A stretch of DNA of 64,000 nucleotides from contig CAVSOU010000010.1 of NCBI GenBank assembly GCA_963729625.1, positions 320,001-384,000 of the forward strand, given 5' to 3'. The DNA is from an uncultured bacterium. GTDB taxonomy: Bacteria > Chloroflexota > UBA5177 > JANWHV01. Shown here in pieces: positions 60,740-64,000 of the stretch; position 1 is the first letter of the stretch; each line of letters begins with the position of its first letter. The position numbers were made by a program, and so were the translations under genes. The notes beneath the pieces were generated by a model. It was not told where the DNA came from. It ran no database searches and saw only the letters and a list, made by a program, of their open reading frames with translations.

Positions 60740-61911
60740 GCGGCAACTCGCTCGAACAACGCGAGCACCGCGCGACCTGCCGCTTCCCACGTGTACAGAC
60801 TTGCCCGTGCCAGGCCCCGCGCGTGAAGGGCTTGACGGCATTCTTCGTCTGTCAACCCGCGTTCCATGGTCTCAGACATGCCTTGAATGTCAAGCGGATC
60901 GAAATACAGTGCTGCCTCGCCCAGCACCTCCGGAAGCGCCCCACCGGTAGACGATACGACTGGAACGCCGCACGCCATAGCCTCGAGCGGCGGGATACCG
61001 AATCCTTCGTACAGAGAAGGCGACACAAACAGGCCAGCGTGTTGATACAGATGCAGCAGGTCGTCGTCCGCTGCATCTGAGAAGAATCGCACCGAGTGCT
61101 CGAGACCCAGGCGCGCAACCTCCCTGAATATCGGCTCGAACATCCAGCCTTCACGCCCAGCGATGACAAGCATGATTCCCTGTGAGGATGAATCGCCGGT
61201 CAGAACTGGATTGGCCAAACCGCACCCCAGCCGCTTCCTCAGGAGAGAGAATGCCTGCAGAAGGCGAACATAGTTCTTCCGAGGCTCGAGCGTGCCAACC
61301 GACAGCACGTAACCAGGGTAACAGCTAAAAGGCGGCTGGGTCAGAGGTCCTCCCTCATGCACCGGAGGCGGCCTGAAGCGCGCGTCCACGCCGTTCGGTA
61401 CCACGCGGATTCGCGCTGGGTCGACGCCAAGCCTGCTCTGCAGCGCATCAGCCGTAGTCCGCGACACGGCTACCACCGCGGCGGCCTGCCGGATCGATCG
61501 CGGCACCTCGGCCGACAGGTACTTACGCAATCCATCATCGGCGCACTCAGGGTGAATCAGAAACGAGAGGTCGTGCACGGTGAGAATGGACGGCACACGG
61601 CCCGGACGCGGCAGCGCGAAGTCGGGCGTGAAGAACAGGCTTGCGTGTCGTACAGCCATTGCCGGAGAGGGTAGAATGTGCAGCCTGTGCCAGCCGATTC
61701 GAGCCAGTCGTTCCGAAAGCGGTAGCCGGAGCCACCGATGATGCTGGGGCAGCGTGAGATCGTCTGGGTCCAATCGCGCGCGACCCGTTGTGACAAGCGT
61801 ATAGAAATTCTGCCCGTCGATCTCGGCCAGGCCTTGCAGCAGCCCGCGCGCGAAGCGACCGACACCCGCGCGCTGACGTAGCGCAGCCGTTCCATCGAAC
61901 ACGATACGCAT
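60736..61911 (-). CDS. GT4 glycosyltransferase (mannosyltransferase-like)
   Basis: [35 protein letters not shown]. Confidence 0.92.
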   Translation of the reverse strand: MRIVFDGTAALRQRAGVGRFARGLLQGLAEIDGQNFYTLVTTGRARLDPDDLTLPQHHRWLRLPLSERLARIGWHRLHILPSPAMAVRHASLFFTPDFALPRPGRVPSILTVHDLSFLIHPECADDGLRKYLSAEVPRSIRQAAAVVAVSRTTADALQSRLGVDPARIRVVPNGVDARFRPPPVHEGGPLTQPPFSCYPGYVLSVGTLEPRKNYVRLLQAFSLLRKRLGCGLANPVLTGDSSSQGIMLVIAGREGWMFEPIFREVARLGLEHSVRFFSDAADDDLLHLYQHAGLFVSPSLYEGFGIPPLEAMACGVPVVSSTGGALPEVLGEAALYFDPLDIQGMSETMERGLTDEECRQALHARGLARASLYTWEAAGRAVLALFERVAA

Positions 61912-63143
61912 CAACTTGCAGGCCTGCCTTTGTCCGAACCTGTCATCTGCGCGAGGCTCGAGGACCTTCTGGCAGCGTCCGCGCCCAACGCGGGCAACGC
62001 TCTCTTCGTCTTGGCGCTCACAAGATAAATAATGAACCCGAACACTACTATGCTGAGATAGCTGATCATGCGATCCAGCAGCGCAAGCGCGGCAGCCTGC
62101 CCGCCGGTCGCCCCCTGCTTGAGCACTTTGAACGCGGCAATCAGGAATGTATCCACGACGCCAGCCCCTCCTGGAGTTAGCGGCAAGGTGGTCAGTACCG
62201 ACGAACCAAGGGCAAGAAACACGGCAGCGCTCGGGCCAACCTCGCCCTGCTTAGCCATGCCGAGGGACGCCAGCACCAGGAAGAGTCTCCCACCTTCGCA
62301 AATCCAGACCGCAATCGAGATCCCGACCAGGGCGACAAGGTTTGCCTTGAAACTGTGGATCGCGCCTTCGCGAAAGGCTGTGAAGATGCTGTGGATACGC
62401 TGAGGCAACATTCGGCGAAGGCCATCGCCAAGGCGCCAGATTCCCACGATAACCGCCACTGCCAGGACGCCCAGGCCAAGGGCGCTTGCCAGCACGAATC
62501 GCAGCGTGCTGTCGTCCAGAAGACGATTGTGGAATGTCAGGACGGCCGCGGCGAGCAAGAGCGGGAACAGCACGAGAAGGTCGAGGATTCGCTCGGCAAG
62601 GATCGTTCCCACCGTCCTTGATGCCGAAACGCCGGTAGTCGTCTTCACCAGATAGGCTCGATACACATCGCCCAGCTTCGCTGGAATGACACAATTCGCG
62701 AACCACGACAGATAGAGTATCTCCAGCAGATCCTTGATCGACGTCTGCCGCACCGTCTCACGGTCGGCGCCGACGTTGGCGTTGAGCATGAGCATCTTCC
62801 AGCGAATCGTTCGGAGCGGAAACGACAAATAATACACCAGAAAAGCCGCTATGAACAACAGAGGATTGACCTTGTGAAGGGCGGCGCCGAGGTCGTCACG
62901 GTTGATGTGCAGCTTGTAGAGCGCGACGACCAGGATGACCACGGCAATGAGGAACGAGATGGGAGTGCGCCAATTCGTGAACTTGCGACCCAGATCGACT
63001 TGGGAGGCTATGTCGTCTTCGCCCGAAACGGCATCAACAGGATCCACCATAGCTGAGGACGCTCCAGCAGGCGCATCTGCGTCTGTGGCAGCGCCCCGTG
63101 TTGTCGGTGGCTCAACCGCGGCCAACTCGCTCGAATCGTGCAT
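61911..63143 (-). CDS. UPF0104 / LPG-synthase TM-domain flippase-like membrane protein
   Basis: R..RW, N.VIPAKLGDVYR, ERILD, PLTPGGAG, DR..SY. Confidence 0.85.
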   Translation of the reverse strand: MHDSSELAAVEPPTTRGAATDADAPAGASSAMVDPVDAVSGEDDIASQVDLGRKFTNWRTPISFLIAVVILVVALYKLHINRDDLGAALHKVNPLLFIAAFLVYYLSFPLRTIRWKMLMLNANVGADRETVRQTSIKDLLEILYLSWFANCVIPAKLGDVYRAYLVKTTTGVSASRTVGTILAERILDLLVLFPLLLAAAVLTFHNRLLDDSTLRFVLASALGLGVLAVAVIVGIWRLGDGLRRMLPQRIHSIFTAFREGAIHSFKANLVALVGISIAVWICEGGRLFLVLASLGMAKQGEVGPSAAVFLALGSSVLTTLPLTPGGAGVVDTFLIAAFKVLKQGATGGQAAALALLDRMISYLSIVVFGFIIYLVSAKTKRALPALGADAARRSSSLAQMTGSDKGRPAS

Positions 63144-63198
63144 AGATATGTCCCCTAATCCGGGTCCAAAGACGGGCGGCAGCGCCGATGCAGCGCGG

Positions 63199-64000
63199 TC
63201 ACCCCTCGCAAGCACCCGCAGCAGCAACGGCGGCAGCGCTACAGCTGGACAGGTCGTCGCGGAACCACGTGATGGTGCGTCGCAGGCCATCCTTCAACGT
63301 GACTCGGGGCTCCCAGCCGAGCACCTGTCGAGCCTTCTCGATATCCGGACGGCGGCGAGTTGGATCGTCCTGAGGCAGGTCAAGCCACGCCACCAAATGG
63401 TCACCTATGTCCCGAAGACGGCCGTCGACCTCCGCCGCGATTTGGCACACTATCGCCGCGAACTCGGCAATCGTGTGCTCTTCAGGATTGCCAAGGTTAA
63501 AGACCTGTCCGCCAATGTTGTCACCTAGCATTGCCGAGATCACGCCGTCCACCAGGTCGCTGACGTAACAGAAACTACGCGTCTGCGTCCCATCGCCGTA
63601 AATAGTAATTGGCTTCCCGGCGAGAGCCTGGCAGATGAAGTTTGGCACGACCCGCCCATCGTCGAGCCGCGAATGGGGCCCGTAGGTGTTGAAAATGCGC
63701 ACCACGCGGCAGTCGAGGCCGAATGAGCGCCAGTACTGCATGACGAGCGCCTCGCCAAAACGCTTGCTCTCGTCGTAGCAGCTGCGCGGCCCGTTGGGGC
63801 TGACATTGCCCCAGTAGTCCTCAGCCTGCGGATGCACGAGCGGATCACCATAGATTTCGGACGTCGACGCAAATACGAAGCGCGCGTCACATCGCCGCGC
63901 GAGCTCGAGCAGGTTCCAGGTCCCTTGACTGTTCACTCGCAGAGTTTCCAGCGGCAGCCGCAAGTAGTCGACGACGCTGGCTGGACTCGCCAAGTGAAAG
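63199..64000 (-). CDS. UDP-glucuronic acid decarboxylase (UDP-xylose synthase), 5' end outside the window
   Basis: ASPASV.DY, ASTSEIYGDP, YWGNV.P.GPRSCYDESKR, RIFNTYGP, DDP.RR.PDI. Confidence 0.9.
   Translation of the reverse strand, partial: FHLASPASVVDYLRLPLETLRVNSQGTWNLLELARRCDARFVFASTSEIYGDPLVHPQAEDYWGNVSPNGPRSCYDESKRFGEALVMQYWRSFGLDCRVVRIFNTYGPHSRLDDGRVVPNFICQALAGKPITIYGDGTQTRSFCYVSDLVDGVISAMLGDNIGGQVFNLGNPEEHTIAEFAAIVCQIAAEVDGRLRDIGDHLVAWLDLPQDDPTRRRPDIEKARQVLGWEPRVTLKDGLRRTITWFRDDLSSCSAAAVAAAGACEG

Overview
High-GC bacterial chromosomal window, most likely Chloroflexota (inferred from the 'YFPxTGHSV...F..HGG...G.P.SE' surface repeats on the DD-carboxypeptidase and the overall gene set; no database search was possible). 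It is densely coding, and I found no transposase, integrase, phage gene or CRISPR array. Housekeeping content: tRNA-Arg(GCG), methylmalonyl-CoA mutase, sucD, two cyclophilins, rpmI-rplT, glyA, ftsB-like, rpsT, glgP, hppA, tatD, HIT, hisZ-like/hisG, yvcK, def. There is also a small sugar-catabolic block (GH2, Gfo/Idh/MocA oxidoreductase, two TIM-barrel epimerases). About half the window is envelope glycobiology: (i) an ArsR-led operon resembling mycobacterial PIM synthesis, with two PatA-like acyltransferases, a PimA-like GT4 and a CDP-alcohol phosphatidyltransferase; (ii) an ABC-exported (Wzm/Wzt) methylated glycan cluster with a sugar C-methyltransferase and DUF4910; (iii) two GT-C-like membrane proteins, a WaaL-like ligase-TPR protein with a TagO/WecA initiator, and a GT4/flippase block. 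The best new-system candidate is a surface-protein O-glycosylation pathway plus a PIM-like glycolipid pathway in a probable monoderm; both are inferences from gene content. Other oddities: the GCG anticodon, an SRPBCC/HD-GYP fusion, a prenyltransferase homologue lacking DDxxD, HisZ-like paired with long HisG, and structured leaders before rpmI and hppA. Four single-base frameshifts suggest assembly indel errors. Start codons were chosen by eye.
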